From positions 762,259 to 826,258 of the forward strand of contig CAVTHK010000011.1 in assembly GCA_963734495.1 (NCBI GenBank): DNA of 64,000 nucleotides. Reading direction: 5' to 3'. Made by a program: the position numbers and the translations under genes. Within the stretch, counting starts at the first letter, position 1, and each line of letters starts with the position of its first letter. Of this stretch, positions 31,321 through 41,040 are shown piece after piece. This DNA is from an uncultured Spirochaetota bacterium. GTDB lineage: Bacteria > Spirochaetota > Spirochaetia > SZUA-6 > CAVTHK01. The notes below the pieces were generated by a model. That model worked only from the letters and a program-made list of their open reading frames with translations, searched no databases and was not told the DNA's origin.

Positions 31321-32772
31321 ATGCGCACAAAGGAAGACGTCATACGCTGGCTCAACGCCAACCAGTCACGCTTCACCGCCATGTCCGACGCGATCTGGGA
31401 GCACCCTGAGGTCGCGTGGCAGGAGTTCAGATCCAGCCGGCTGCAGGCCGACTCGCTCGCGGCCGAGGGCTTCCGCATCACCTGGGACCTCGGCGGCATC
31501 AACACCGCCTTCGTCGCCGAGTGGGGGAGCGGCCGGCCGATCCTCGGCTTCCTCGGCGAATACGACGCGCTCGCCGGGCTCTCGCAGAAGAGCCAGCCGA
31601 CCGAAGAGCCGGCCGTACCCGGCGGACCCGGCCACGGCTGCGGGCACAACCTGCTCGGCACCGGCTGCCTCGCCTCCGCCGTCGCGCTCAAGGAGTGGCT
31701 CGCCGCCACCGGCTCAAAGGGCACCGTGCGCTACTACGGCTGCCCCGCGGAGGAGCAGATCAGCGGCAAGACCTTCATGGCCCGCGCGGGCGCTTTCGAC
31801 GACCTGGACGCGGCGCTCAACTACCACCCCGACCGCGTCAACATGCCTGGCAAAGGCAGCCAGGTCGGCGTCTACGACCTCGTCTTCCGCTTCCACGGCC
31901 GCACCGCTCACGCGGGCGGCGCGCCCCACCAGGGCCGCTCCGCCCTCGACGCGGTCGAGCTCATGAACGTCGGCGTCAACTACCTCCGCGAGCACATCAC
32001 CGAGAAGACGCGCATCCACTACGTGATCACCAACGGCGGGCGGCTCCCCAACGTCGTGCCCGACGAGGCCGAGGTCTGGTACTTCGTGCGCGCGCACAAG
32101 CGCCGCGAGCTCGACGACGTCGCCGGCCGCGTGCGCAGGATCGCGCACGGTGCCGCGATGATGACCGAGACCACGGTGGAGGAGCGGTTCCGCGGCGCCT
32201 GCTCCAACGTGCTGAACAACCACGCGCTCGCCGACCTCCACTACGAGGCGATGAAGCTCGTGGGCCCGATCGCGTTCACCGCGGAGGAGAAGGCCTACGC
32301 GCAGAAGATCAACGACGCCTTTCCGCCCGAGAACGCGCGCAGCGTCTTCGAAAAGATGCAGGTCCCCCCTGAGTCAAAAATGAAGGTCGCCGCCCTGGTG
32401 GGCGAGCCCCTGCTCGGCGAGAACTTCCCGCCGTGGGACGAGCACCACATCGGCACCGGCAGCACCGACGTCGGCGACGTGAGCTGGATCACGCCGCTTT
32501 CGATGCTGCGCACCGCGTGCGCGGCCACGGGCGCCCCCGGCCACAGCTGGGCGGTCGCGGCGACGGGAGCCACCTCCATCGGACACAAGGGGATGATGCA
32601 CGCGGCCAAGGTGATGGCGCTCGCGGCGATCGACCTGGTCCAGCGGCCGGAGACGCTCGCGGCAGCCCGCCGCGAGCACGAGGAGCGCACGCGGGAGGAG
32701 CCGTACAGCTCGCCCATCCCCGCGAACGTCGAGCCGCCGCATTTCCCGGACCCCGAGCGCGGAGGCCACTAG
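31321..32772 (+). CDS. M20 amidohydrolase, AbgB-like (aminobenzoyl-glutamate utilisation protein B family)
   Basis: HPEVAWQE, GEYDALAGL, GHGCGHN, CPAEE, RSALDAVE, GSTDVGDVSW. Confidence 0.9.
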   Translation: MRTKEDVIRWLNANQSRFTAMSDAIWEHPEVAWQEFRSSRLQADSLAAEGFRITWDLGGINTAFVAEWGSGRPILGFLGEYDALAGLSQKSQPTEEPAVPGGPGHGCGHNLLGTGCLASAVALKEWLAATGSKGTVRYYGCPAEEQISGKTFMARAGAFDDLDAALNYHPDRVNMPGKGSQVGVYDLVFRFHGRTAHAGGAPHQGRSALDAVELMNVGVNYLREHITEKTRIHYVITNGGRLPNVVPDEAEVWYFVRAHKRRELDDVAGRVRRIAHGAAMMTETTVEERFRGACSNVLNNHALADLHYEAMKLVGPIAFTAEEKAYAQKINDAFPPENARSVFEKMQVPPESKMKVAALVGEPLLGENFPPWDEHHIGTGSTDVGDVSWITPLSMLRTACAATGAPGHSWAVAATGATSIGHKGMMHAAKVMALAAIDLVQRPETLAAARREHEERTREEPYSSPIPANVEPPHFPDPERGGH

Positions 32773-32773
32773 G

Positions 32774-33623
32774 ATGAGCAAGCAGGGAACGAAGGACGCG
32801 CCCCCCGAGGTGAGGTACTGGATGTGCCGGCCGGACCAGATCGTGGCCCGCAGGCAGGCGTGCCCCGTCGCCTACATCCCCATCGGCACCCTCGAGTGGC
32901 ACGGACCGCACAACCCGGTGGGGGCCGATACGCTTCAAGCGGAGGCGCTCGCGCTCCTCTGCGCCCGCAGCGGCGGAGGCCTCGTCTTCCCGCCGCTGTA
33001 CTACGGCGAAAGCCGCAGCGAGGCGCTGATGGAGGCCAACGCGGCCGATCGCGAGAAGATCGCGGCGGCCATGGCCCTGCCGCCCGACAACTTCCTGCCG
33101 GAGCGGCAGCCCTTCTCGCCTACCGAGCAGGCGCTCAACTACCAGCGGCTGCTGCTGCACATACTGGTGGAGGCCGAGAGCCTGGGCTTCCAGCTCGGCG
33201 TGCTCGTGGCGGGCCACTACCCGCTGATCGACCACGCGCGCGCCGCGGCGCTGCTCCACAACAAGCGCGAGCACAGCCGGCGCTTCGGCCTGCTCGCGTG
33301 GGCGTGCGTCGATTACCTGTTCCTCGCCGACCGCTACGAGTTTGCCGGCGACCACGCCGCGGGCTGGGAGACCTCGCACTGCCTCGCGATCTGCCCCGAA
33401 GCCGTGGACCTGAGCCGGCTGCCTCCCGAGGGCGAGCCGCTGGTCGGCATCGGCGGCAAGCTGCCCCCGCAGCGCGCGACGGCCGAGCTCGGGCCGCAAG
33501 ACGCTGGAGGAGGCGGCTGAATGCGTGGTGCGCGAGGTCGCGCACAGGCTCGCGCATCCCGACGCCTACAAGCGGCACGGGGCGAGCCTGCTCGAAGGAT
33601 TGTGGAAGACGGACAAAAGCTGA
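32774..33623 (+). CDS. Creatininase/amidohydrolase family protein, frameshift near 33492
   Basis: PIGTLEWHGPHNPVGAD, GHY, DHAAGWETS. The C-terminus RKTLEE...KTDKS* is in another frame. Confidence 0.85.
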
Positions 33624-33652
33624 AGGTCAGCCGGCGGCGGCCTTCTTCAATT

Positions 33653-34915
33653 TCACGTCCCTTCCTTCCAGCTCGACATGTAGGCGACCTGCTCTTCGGT
33701 CATCCTGTCGATCCCGATGCCCATCACCTTGAGCTGGAGCGCCGCGATCGCGTCATCGACGTCCTCGGGGAGCTGGATCACCTGCACGGGCATCTTGCCG
33801 CGGTTCTTGACCCCGTACTCGCACGAGAGCGCCTGGCCGCAGAACGAGGTGGACATGACTTCGCTCGGGTGGCCCTCGGCGGCGGCGAGGTTCACGAGGC
33901 GGCCTTCGCCGAGGATAAAGAGCTTCCTGCCGCCTAACACGTATTCGTCGAGGAAGGGCCGGACGCGGCGCGTCGAGCTCGCGGCCTTGCCCAGGGCGGC
34001 GATGTCGACCTCGACGTCGAAGTGGCCGGCGTTGGCCATGAGGGCGCCCTGCTTCATGCGCTTCATGTGCTCAAGGCGTATGACGTGCTTGTTGCCGCTC
34101 ACGGTGCAGAAGATGTCGCCGATCGCGGCGGCCTCGGCCATCGGCATCACGCGGAAGCCGTCGTAGGCGGCCTGCAGCGCGCGGAACGGGTCGACCTCGC
34201 AGACGATGACGTTGGCGCCGAGGCCGCGGGCGCGCATCGAGACGCCCTTGCCGCAGCTCCCGTAGCCCACGACGACGAAGTTCTTGCCCGCCACGAGGAC
34301 GTTGGTGGCGCGGAGGATCCCGTCGAGCGTGGACTGGCCGGTGCCGTAGTAGTTGTCGACGAGGTGCTTGGTCTTGTTGTCGTTGACCGCGATCATGGGG
34401 TACTTGAGCGAGCGGTCCTTCTCCATGGCCTTGAGGCGGATGACGCCGGTGGTCGTCTCTTCGCACCCGCAGATGATGTCGCGGATGAGCTCGGGATGGT
34501 GGGTGTGGATCTCGCTCACGAGATCGCAGCCGTCGTCGATGGTGATGTTCGGCTTCTGCGCGATGACGGAACCGAGGTAGCGGTAGTAGTCCTCACGGGT
34601 CTCGCCCTTGTAGGCCCAGACCTTGACGCCCTCCTCCGCGAGGGCGGCTGCCACGTCGTCCTGCGTGGAGAGGGGGTTGCAGCCGGTGATCGCGACGTCG
34701 GCGCCGCCGGCACGGAGCGTGCGCACGAGGATGCCGGTCTCCTTGGTCACGTGCAGCGCGAGGCCGATGCGCACCCCGGCGAGGGGCCGCTCCTTCTCGA
34801 AGCGCGCGCGCACCTGCATGAGCGCGCCCATGGCGAGCTCCGCCAGCTCCATGTTGCGCCTGCCCTGCTCGGCCAGCGCCGGGTCGCGGACCTCGAAATG
34901 CTCGCCCTTCTTCAT
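33653..34915 (-). CDS. ahcY: Adenosylhomocysteinase
   Basis: LHVTKET, CNPLSTQD, DDGCD, EETTTG, VNDNKTKH..DN.YGTGQS, GYGSCGKG, GRLVNL...GHP. Confidence 0.96.
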   Translation of the reverse strand: MKKGEHFEVRDPALAEQGRRNMELAELAMGALMQVRARFEKERPLAGVRIGLALHVTKETGILVRTLRAGGADVAITGCNPLSTQDDVAAALAEEGVKVWAYKGETREDYYRYLGSVIAQKPNITIDDGCDLVSEIHTHHPELIRDIICGCEETTTGVIRLKAMEKDRSLKYPMIAVNDNKTKHLVDNYYGTGQSTLDGILRATNVLVAGKNFVVVGYGSCGKGVSMRARGLGANVIVCEVDPFRALQAAYDGFRVMPMAEAAAIGDIFCTVSGNKHVIRLEHMKRMKQGALMANAGHFDVEVDIAALGKAASSTRRVRPFLDEYVLGGRKLFILGEGRLVNLAAAEGHPSEVMSTSFCGQALSCEYGVKNRGKMPVQVIQLPEDVDDAIAALQLKVMGIGIDRMTEEQVAYMSSWKEGT

Positions 34916-35055
34916 CGCGTGCTCCTCTCTGTCGTGTGTGTCTGCGTGATGGCGAGCTTGCACCGCGCTTCGCGGCGTGGTCAAGACCGCTCGCGGCGGC
35001 TGCTTGTGGCGGCACGGGCTGCCGCGGCCGGGCGCAGCGTCAGCCAGGCGCAGCC

Positions 35056-35949
35056 TCAGCCCTTGATGGCGCCGATCATGACGCCCTTGACGAAGTATCG
35101 CTGGATGAAAGGGTAGACGGCGAGGATCGGCACCGTGGCCACGACGATAGCCGCGTAGCGCAGCACCTCTCCGATGAGCATGCGCGAGGCGTCCTCGCCG
35201 GCGGCCTTTCCGGCCATCGCCTCGATGCTGTTCGTGATGAGGATCTCGCGCAGGACGAGCTGCAGCGGATAGAGGTCCCGCTTGCGCAGGTACATCAGGG
35301 CGCGGAAGAACGCGTTCCAGTGATCGACGCTGTAGAACAGGATCATGACCGCCACGACCGGCATGGCCAGCGGGAGGATGATCTGGAACAGGATCCGGGG
35401 GTCCGCGGCCCCGTCGATTTTGGCCGACTCCTCGAGGCTGTCGGGCATAGCCTCGAGGTAGGTCTTCATGACCAGCAGGTTGTAGGCCCGCACGAGGGCG
35501 GTGAGGATCAGCGCCCACAGCGAGTTCAGCAGCCCCAGGCCGCGGACGACCAGGTAGGTCGGGATGATCCCGCCGGAGAAGAACATCGTGACGCTGATGT
35601 AGAACAGGATCGCCACACGCGGCTTGAAGTACTTGCGCGAGAGGACGTAGGCGCCCATGGACGTGATCAGCACGTTGGCCGTGGTGCCGACCGTCACCAG
35701 GAACAGGGTGTTGAGGAACCCGGTGCGGATCATCGGGTTCTCCAGGGTGAGCTTGTAGCCCTCGAGCGTGAAGCCGAGGGGGTGCAGCATGATCCCACGG
35801 TAGCGGAACAGCTGCTCCGGCTCGCTCACCGACGCGTTGACCACGTGCAGCAGCGGGTAGATCGTGACGACGCACAGCGCCAGCAGGATGAGCGTGTTGA
35901 CCCAGTTGAAGGCGGCATCGGCGACGCCGGCGCGGATCCTGTTCTTCAT
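35056..35949 (-). CDS. Carbohydrate ABC transporter permease
   Basis: MFFSGGIIP, EAA loop SLEESAKIDGA, YPFIQRYFVKG. Confidence 0.92.
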   Translation of the reverse strand: MKNRIRAGVADAAFNWVNTLILLALCVVTIYPLLHVVNASVSEPEQLFRYRGIMLHPLGFTLEGYKLTLENPMIRTGFLNTLFLVTVGTTANVLITSMGAYVLSRKYFKPRVAILFYISVTMFFSGGIIPTYLVVRGLGLLNSLWALILTALVRAYNLLVMKTYLEAMPDSLEESAKIDGAADPRILFQIILPLAMPVVAVMILFYSVDHWNAFFRALMYLRKRDLYPLQLVLREILITNSIEAMAGKAAGEDASRMLIGEVLRYAAIVVATVPILAVYPFIQRYFVKGVMIGAIKG

Positions 35950-35962
35950 CGCCTGCCCCCGC

Positions 35963-36901
35963 CTACCAGAGGCTCGTCTGCGTGAGCTGCCGGCTCAGCC
36001 TGTTGGCCACGAGCAGCAGCGAAAAGTTGACCACGGAGTTGAACAGCCCCACCGCGGTGCCGTAGCTGAAGTTCATTTCCAGGAGCCCCGTGCGGTAGAC
36101 AAAGGTCTGGATCACATCCGCGGTCTCGTAGTTCATCGGGTTGTACATCAGCAGGACCTTGTCGATCCCGACGTCCATCATATGGCCGACCTGAAGGAGG
36201 AACAGGATCACGATCGTCGGAAAGATGCTCGGCAGCGTGATGGAGGCGATCTTGCGGAAGCGTCCAGCCCCGTCGATCTCCGCAGCTTCATAGAGGCTGG
36301 GGTCGATGCCCGTGATGGCGGCCAGGTAGATGATAGAGTTCCACCCGATCGTCTGCCAGATGCCCGACCCGATGTACAGAGGTCGGAACCACCGCGGGTC
36401 CGACACAAAGGCCAGGGGTTCGCGCCCGAGGGCCTTGAGGCCCTGGTTGACGAGCCCGTCGCGCGCAAAGAAGTCGATCAGCATCCCGACCACGACCACG
36501 AGCGAGATGAAGTAAGGCACATAGGTGATCGTCTGGACGGTGCGCTTGAGCCAGGGGACCTGGACCTCGTTGAGCAGGATCGCGAGGAGGATCGGCGCGG
36601 GAAAGCCGAACAAGAGCCCGAGGCCGTTGAGCATGAGCGTGTTGCGCATGATGCGCCACACGTACATGCTGTTCATGACGAAGAACTCGCGGTAGTGCGC
36701 GAGGCCGACCCACGGGCTGCGCGCGAACCCGCGCGCCGGCGCGTAGTCCTTGAATGCGATGATCAGGCCGTAGATCGGTCCGTAGTGGAAGATGGTGAAG
36801 TAGACCACCACCGGCGCGACCATGAGGTACAGATACCGGTACTTGACCACGTGGGCCCAGGCCCTGGCCGGGCCGGAGCCCGCTGCCGCAGCCCCGCTCA
36901 T
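35963..36901 (-). CDS. Carbohydrate ABC transporter permease (LplB-like)
   Basis: AFKDY...WVGL, LYEAAEIDGA, TAVGLFNS. Confidence 0.92.
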   Translation of the reverse strand: MSGAAAAGSGPARAWAHVVKYRYLYLMVAPVVVYFTIFHYGPIYGLIIAFKDYAPARGFARSPWVGLAHYREFFVMNSMYVWRIMRNTLMLNGLGLLFGFPAPILLAILLNEVQVPWLKRTVQTITYVPYFISLVVVVGMLIDFFARDGLVNQGLKALGREPLAFVSDPRWFRPLYIGSGIWQTIGWNSIIYLAAITGIDPSLYEAAEIDGAGRFRKIASITLPSIFPTIVILFLLQVGHMMDVGIDKVLLMYNPMNYETADVIQTFVYRTGLLEMNFSYGTAVGLFNSVVNFSLLLVANRLSRQLTQTSLW

Positions 36902-36939
36902 GCTTCCGCTCCCGCGAGCTCAGAGTACCGCATGACAAA

Positions 36940-36962
36940 GGGGGGGCGCCAGGCGCCCCCCC
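36940..36962 (-). terminator. Stem-loop between the SBP and permease genes
   Basis: 10-bp G/C stem with a 3-nt loop, followed by TTTGT on the minus strand. Confidence 0.55.
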
Positions 36963-36986
36963 CCTCGGCCGGAAGTCGGATTTCTC

Positions 36987-38564
36987 TTACCTCTTGGCCC
37001 ACCGGTCGATGGCCGCCTGCTGGACGGCCAGCGCGTCGTCGATCCCGAGCTTCTTGAGGTTCTCGACAAAGGCGGAGTAATTGGCGATCGGCTCCGCGCC
37101 GGTGACGAACTTTACGAACATCTCGTCCATGTAGGTGTTGACGCGGCCCATGATCGTCGCGAGCTTCTTGCTCTCCTCCGAGGTCGGCGAAAGCCCTTCG
37201 GGAAGCGCCTTGTTGACCGCAGACTTCATCCAGATGTTGAGAGCGTCGAGCAGGACCGGATCGTCGGCCTTCTGGTACGACCATTCCCTCGACTTCACGA
37301 AGGGCCCGGAGGCCGACATCATGCCGTAGCGCGCGATGGCCTGAGCGAGGCCGAGGCCGTTCGGGTTCTTCTTGATGAGGTCGGTGAACATAGGCCGGCC
37401 GTTGACCATCGTGTAGGACTCGCCTTCCTTGCCGAAGTTGATGAGAAGGTGTCCCTCCGGGCTGTAGAGGTAGTCGGACACCTTGATGGCCGCGTCCACC
37501 TTTTTGCTCGTGGTAGTGATGGCCGCACCGGAGGAGCTCACGACGGCCTCGAACCACGCCGTGGGCATCGGGCCGTCCTTGCGCGCCTTGGGGAACGGAA
37601 CCGCGATCATGCTGTAGCCGGGGTCGGTCTTCCTGACGAGCTGGTTGTACATGCCGAGCTGCGTCGACTGCTGGCCCGTCAGCGCGCCCACCTTGCCCTG
37701 TGTAGCCTTGACGTCGACGGCCTTGCGGTCGTTGGCCATGAAGTCGTTGTCCAGCAGCTTGTCGGCGTACCAGCCGCGGAGCCCCGCGAGGAACTCGCGG
37801 TACTCGGGCTGCAGCGCGCCGTACTTCGCCTTGCCGCCTTCGTAATAGAAGTGGGGATAGATGCCGTAGGCGCCGGCGATGTCCTGGAAGGCATTGTTCC
37901 CGGTCACGGGCGGGGTCACCTTGCCCTCGATGGTGAACGGGATGATATCGGCTCCAAGAGTCTTGAAGGCCCGCAGGGTCTTGTCCCAGTCGGCCAGGGT
38001 CTCAGGAATCGGAAGCCCCAGCTTCTTCAGCCAGTCGCCGCGCATCATGAGGCCGAAGGATGTGTCGCCCAGCTTTTCGCGTATGCCCGGGAACATGTAC
38101 AAAGTCCCATCGTCGGTGAAGGCCGGCTTCTTGTAGTCCTCGGGCTTGCCGTTCAGCGTGGCCATGAGGTACGGCATTTTGCTCAGGTAGGGGTTGAGCT
38201 TGATGATGACGCCGTCGTCGATCGCTTTGAGGCCGCCGCCGGGATAGCCGCCCCAGTTCCAGACCATGACGTCCGGAAAGTCGCGGGAGGCCAGGATCAG
38301 GTTGAACTGCTCACGGTCCTGTCCGACCGCCGGATGGATGAACTCGATGTTGACGCCGGTCCGCCTCTGGACCTCCTGCCAGCAGTAGACATCACCGAGG
38401 CTCTTGAGCGAAGCGGCAGTCTGCGTCGGCAGGCCCATGAAGTAGGTTATCTTGGCCGGAGCGGCGGTCGCACGGTCCGCCTGCGGGCTCGCCGCGGCGG
38501 GAACGACGGCGAGCAGAACAAGTGCTGCAGCGACGGCGAACACCGCCCTTCTTGCGTTTCTCAT
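36987..38564 (-). CDS. Carbohydrate ABC transporter extracellular solute-binding protein
   Basis: AGGAGGTG RBS, signal peptide, TGVNIEF, RGDWLKKLGL.IPET, FG.EG..Y, FVTG..PI. Confidence 0.9.
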   Translation of the reverse strand: MRNARRAVFAVAAALVLLAVVPAAASPQADRATAAPAKITYFMGLPTQTAASLKSLGDVYCWQEVQRRTGVNIEFIHPAVGQDREQFNLILASRDFPDVMVWNWGGYPGGGLKAIDDGVIIKLNPYLSKMPYLMATLNGKPEDYKKPAFTDDGTLYMFPGIREKLGDTSFGLMMRGDWLKKLGLPIPETLADWDKTLRAFKTLGADIIPFTIEGKVTPPVTGNNAFQDIAGAYGIYPHFYYEGGKAKYGALQPEYREFLAGLRGWYADKLLDNDFMANDRKAVDVKATQGKVGALTGQQSTQLGMYNQLVRKTDPGYSMIAVPFPKARKDGPMPTAWFEAVVSSSGAAITTTSKKVDAAIKVSDYLYSPEGHLLINFGKEGESYTMVNGRPMFTDLIKKNPNGLGLAQAIARYGMMSASGPFVKSREWSYQKADDPVLLDALNIWMKSAVNKALPEGLSPTSEESKKLATIMGRVNTYMDEMFVKFVTGAEPIANYSAFVENLKKLGIDDALAVQQAAIDRWAKR

Positions 38565-38595
38565 CGCCTCACCTCCTGGATTACGGGTAACGCCA

Positions 38596-38679
38596 ACGCT
38601 ATGCCAGGCCAGAGCATTTGTCAAGCTCTGTGTACTCATCTGACCAGTTCTTGACGCTGCGTGGGCTGCTTGGTAGACT
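38596..38679. promoter_or_regulatory. Back-to-back sigma70 promoters with a FadR/GntR-type operator between them
   Basis: Minus TTGACA(38624-38619)-N17-TAGCGT. Plus TTGACG(38651-38656)-N17-TAGACT. TACTCATCTGACCAGTT (38633-38649) resembles the FadR consensus AACTGGTCnGACCAGTT. Confidence 0.65.
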
Positions 38680-38706
38680 TCCGAACGAGGGACCGCGCCG
38701 GCAAAC

Positions 38707-39480
38707 ATGAGAGTGGTCAAGCTGCGCAGAATTTCGACGCCAGAGGCTGTCGTCAACTACTTCCGCGAGCAGATTCGTGCGGGCGCCCTCAAGCCGGGGG
38801 AGGCCCTGCCCAGCGAGCGCGTGCTCGTCAACCGGATGGGCATCAGCCGCCTCAGCCTCCGGGAGGGGCTGGCGCGGCTGAACGCGCTTGGAGTGATCAC
38901 CACGCGACACGGCAAGGGCGCCTGCGTCGGGAGCGACGTCAACAGTGAATCCCTGAGCGATGCGCTCCTTCCGATCGCTTCAGACCCCAGCTCGCGGAGC
39001 TTCCGGGACCTCCTGGACGCGAGGATCGTCATCGAAGCCGAGGTCGGCGCCCGCGCTGCCCTCAACAGGACGGAGGAGGACGCGGCCCTCCTGAGCGGGA
39101 TCCTCGCGCAGAGCGAGGAGTGCCTCGACGACCCCACCAAGTTCGGGAAGCTCGACCTTCAGTTCCACCGCGAGACGGCCCGCATGGCAGGCAACACCGT
39201 GCTCGCCAAGATCCACGGCATGATTCTCCGCAGCGTCGAGGATTTCGTCATGGAGAACGTGAGGAATCCCGGGACGCGGCAGAGGGCCTACGAAGACCAC
39301 GTGCGCATCTCGGACGGCATCACGAAGGGGCTCGACCATCAACCGGTGATTCCGCCGGTCAGCTCCGCGCGCGACGACCTCGTTCCTGATGCTCCTCGGC
39401 GGCGGCCTTTCGGGTGTCAGCCGCGGCGCGGGACGCGCGGGACATCGGCGCGCCTTGCTTTCCCGGTTCCGGGGCAGTAG
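38707..39480 (+). CDS. GntR family regulator, FadR subfamily (C-terminus appears truncated or replaced)
   Basis: LKPGEALPSER..GISR..LREGL wHTH, FCD with D..FH...GN and EDH. Unrelated-looking tail after about 39336. Confidence 0.85.
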   Translation: MRVVKLRRISTPEAVVNYFREQIRAGALKPGEALPSERVLVNRMGISRLSLREGLARLNALGVITTRHGKGACVGSDVNSESLSDALLPIASDPSSRSFRDLLDARIVIEAEVGARAALNRTEEDAALLSGILAQSEECLDDPTKFGKLDLQFHRETARMAGNTVLAKIHGMILRSVEDFVMENVRNPGTRQRAYEDHVRISDGITKGLDHQPVIPPVSSARDDLVPDAPRRRPFGCQPRRGTRGTSARLAFPVPGQ

Positions 39481-39540
39481 CCTGTCTCCCTGGCTGCGCC
39501 GCCTGGCAGGACGTGGCACGGCGCGCACAAAGAGGGACGC

Positions 39541-40272
39541 GTGAGCTCGAGTACGGCCGGCGAGAGGGACCGGCGCGGCGAATGGTTCGTGCCGCGGATC
39601 GGACCTCCGGGATTCAGGACCTTCGTGGGCCTGCTGTTCCTGCCCTACACGGGCATGGTCCTCTCCTACACGGTGATCGGCGCCCTGATCGCCCCGGTCG
39701 TCCACTGGGACAGGGTCGCGGCTGCTCTCGTCGTGTACTTTCTCGCTCTGGGCATCGCGGCCCACGCCCTCGATGCGGTCGGGAGCAAAGCCCGGAAGCC
39801 GTGGGGCGCGGTGCTCTCCAGGAAGAAGCTGTGGCTCCTGGCCGCCGCCTCGCTTGTGCTGGCCTACGCCATCGGCGCCTACTACATGGTCCGCTACACT
39901 CCGTGGTTGTGGCCGGTGGCGATCCTCGAAGGTTTCTTCGTGCTTGCCTACAACCTGGAGTGGTTCAAAGGAAGGTTCCACACCGACGGCTGGTTCTGCT
40001 TCTCATGGGGTCTTCTCCCCGTCGTGGCCGGGTACGTGCTTCAGACCAACGCGATTTCTCCCGCGGCGATCGTGCTGGGTGCGTCGATGGCGTACTTGAG
40101 CCGCATCGAGATCAAGGCGTCCAGGCCGTACAAGGAGCTCAGAAAACGCGCTGGCACGCTCGCTGAGGAGGAAACGCGCCTGATGGAGCGATACGAGACG
40201 GTGCTGAAGTCGGTGAGCATAGGAGTGATCCTGCTCGCGGCCGGGTTGCTCGCCTGGCGCGTTCTCGGGTGA
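39541..40272 (+). CDS. Multi-pass membrane protein, possibly UbiA-like fold
   Basis: About 7 hydrophobic helices, LPYT...HALD, YNLEWF.G.FH.D..F..SWG. Confidence 0.65.
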   Translation: MSSSTAGERDRRGEWFVPRIGPPGFRTFVGLLFLPYTGMVLSYTVIGALIAPVVHWDRVAAALVVYFLALGIAAHALDAVGSKARKPWGAVLSRKKLWLLAAASLVLAYAIGAYYMVRYTPWLWPVAILEGFFVLAYNLEWFKGRFHTDGWFCFSWGLLPVVAGYVLQTNAISPAAIVLGASMAYLSRIEIKASRPYKELRKRAGTLAEEETRLMERYETVLKSVSIGVILLAAGLLAWRVLG

Positions 40273-40323
40273 CCCGAAGGACCCCCAGCCGGGACTCCGG
40301 GCGCGCAGGCGGTGCAGGCGCGC

Positions 40324-41040
40324 TCACTGATCCTTCGGCCTGACGGCCGTGAGCATCGTCGCGATGCCGAGAGTGAGCGATTCCCGCCGGATCGTCCGGA
40401 ACCCGCGGCGCTCGAGCGACTGCGTCGCCCGGTCGATCCAGTCGGTGGCTCGCAGCAGGACGGGAAGCTCGCGGAACACCGTTCGCCATTCGGGGAACAG
40501 GGGGCTGCCCAGGAGGCGCATGACACGGAAGTAGGCTTCGACGGCCCGGGCAGCCGCCGGCCGGGTCGGATAGCTGAAGTCGTGCATGACGAGGACGCCC
40601 CCCGGTCTGAGCATCCGCCGGATATTCGCGATCAGAAGGTCCAGATCGGCGTACTTGGCCAGGTACGAAGAAGTCACGCAATCGAAGCCTGAATCGAGGA
40701 CGACATCCTCGGCCCGGCCTATGATGAGCTCGACGTTGTCGAGACCCAGGGAACGCCTCCGGCGCTCGGCTACCTCGCCATACTCCTCCCGCAGCTCCAC
40801 GCCGATCACGCGGGCCCGGGGGAACCTTCGGGCGATCGCAAAGGTGAGGATGCCGGTCCCCGACGCCTGGTCCAGGATGCGGGACGAGCCCGCCGGGATG
40901 GACGCGAGAATCCGGTGCTTCCACCACATGTCGAAGCCGAGCGTCCACAGCTTGACCACGACGTCGTAGGAGAGCCCTGTTCCGGAAAAGAACCGGTGAA
41001 CCAGGGCGAGGCTGGAACCCGGCGCATGCTCAGCCTTCAT
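40324..41040 (-). CDS. UbiE/MenG-like SAM-dependent methyltransferase
   Basis: FF....YD......T.G.D..WK, ILDQASGTG, LRPGG.L..HDF. Confidence 0.82.
   Translation of the reverse strand: MKAEHAPGSSLALVHRFFSGTGLSYDVVVKLWTLGFDMWWKHRILASIPAGSSRILDQASGTGILTFAIARRFPRARVIGVELREEYGEVAERRRRSLGLDNVELIIGRAEDVVLDSGFDCVTSSYLAKYADLDLLIANIRRMLRPGGVLVMHDFSYPTRPAAARAVEAYFRVMRLLGSPLFPEWRTVFRELPVLLRATDWIDRATQSLERRGFRTIRRESLTLGIATMLTAVRPKDQ

Noticed and set aside
34916-35055. SAH riboswitch upstream of ahcY
   Set aside because: The conserved GAGGAGCG...CAGGCUC...CGCUC elements are not visible on the minus strand.
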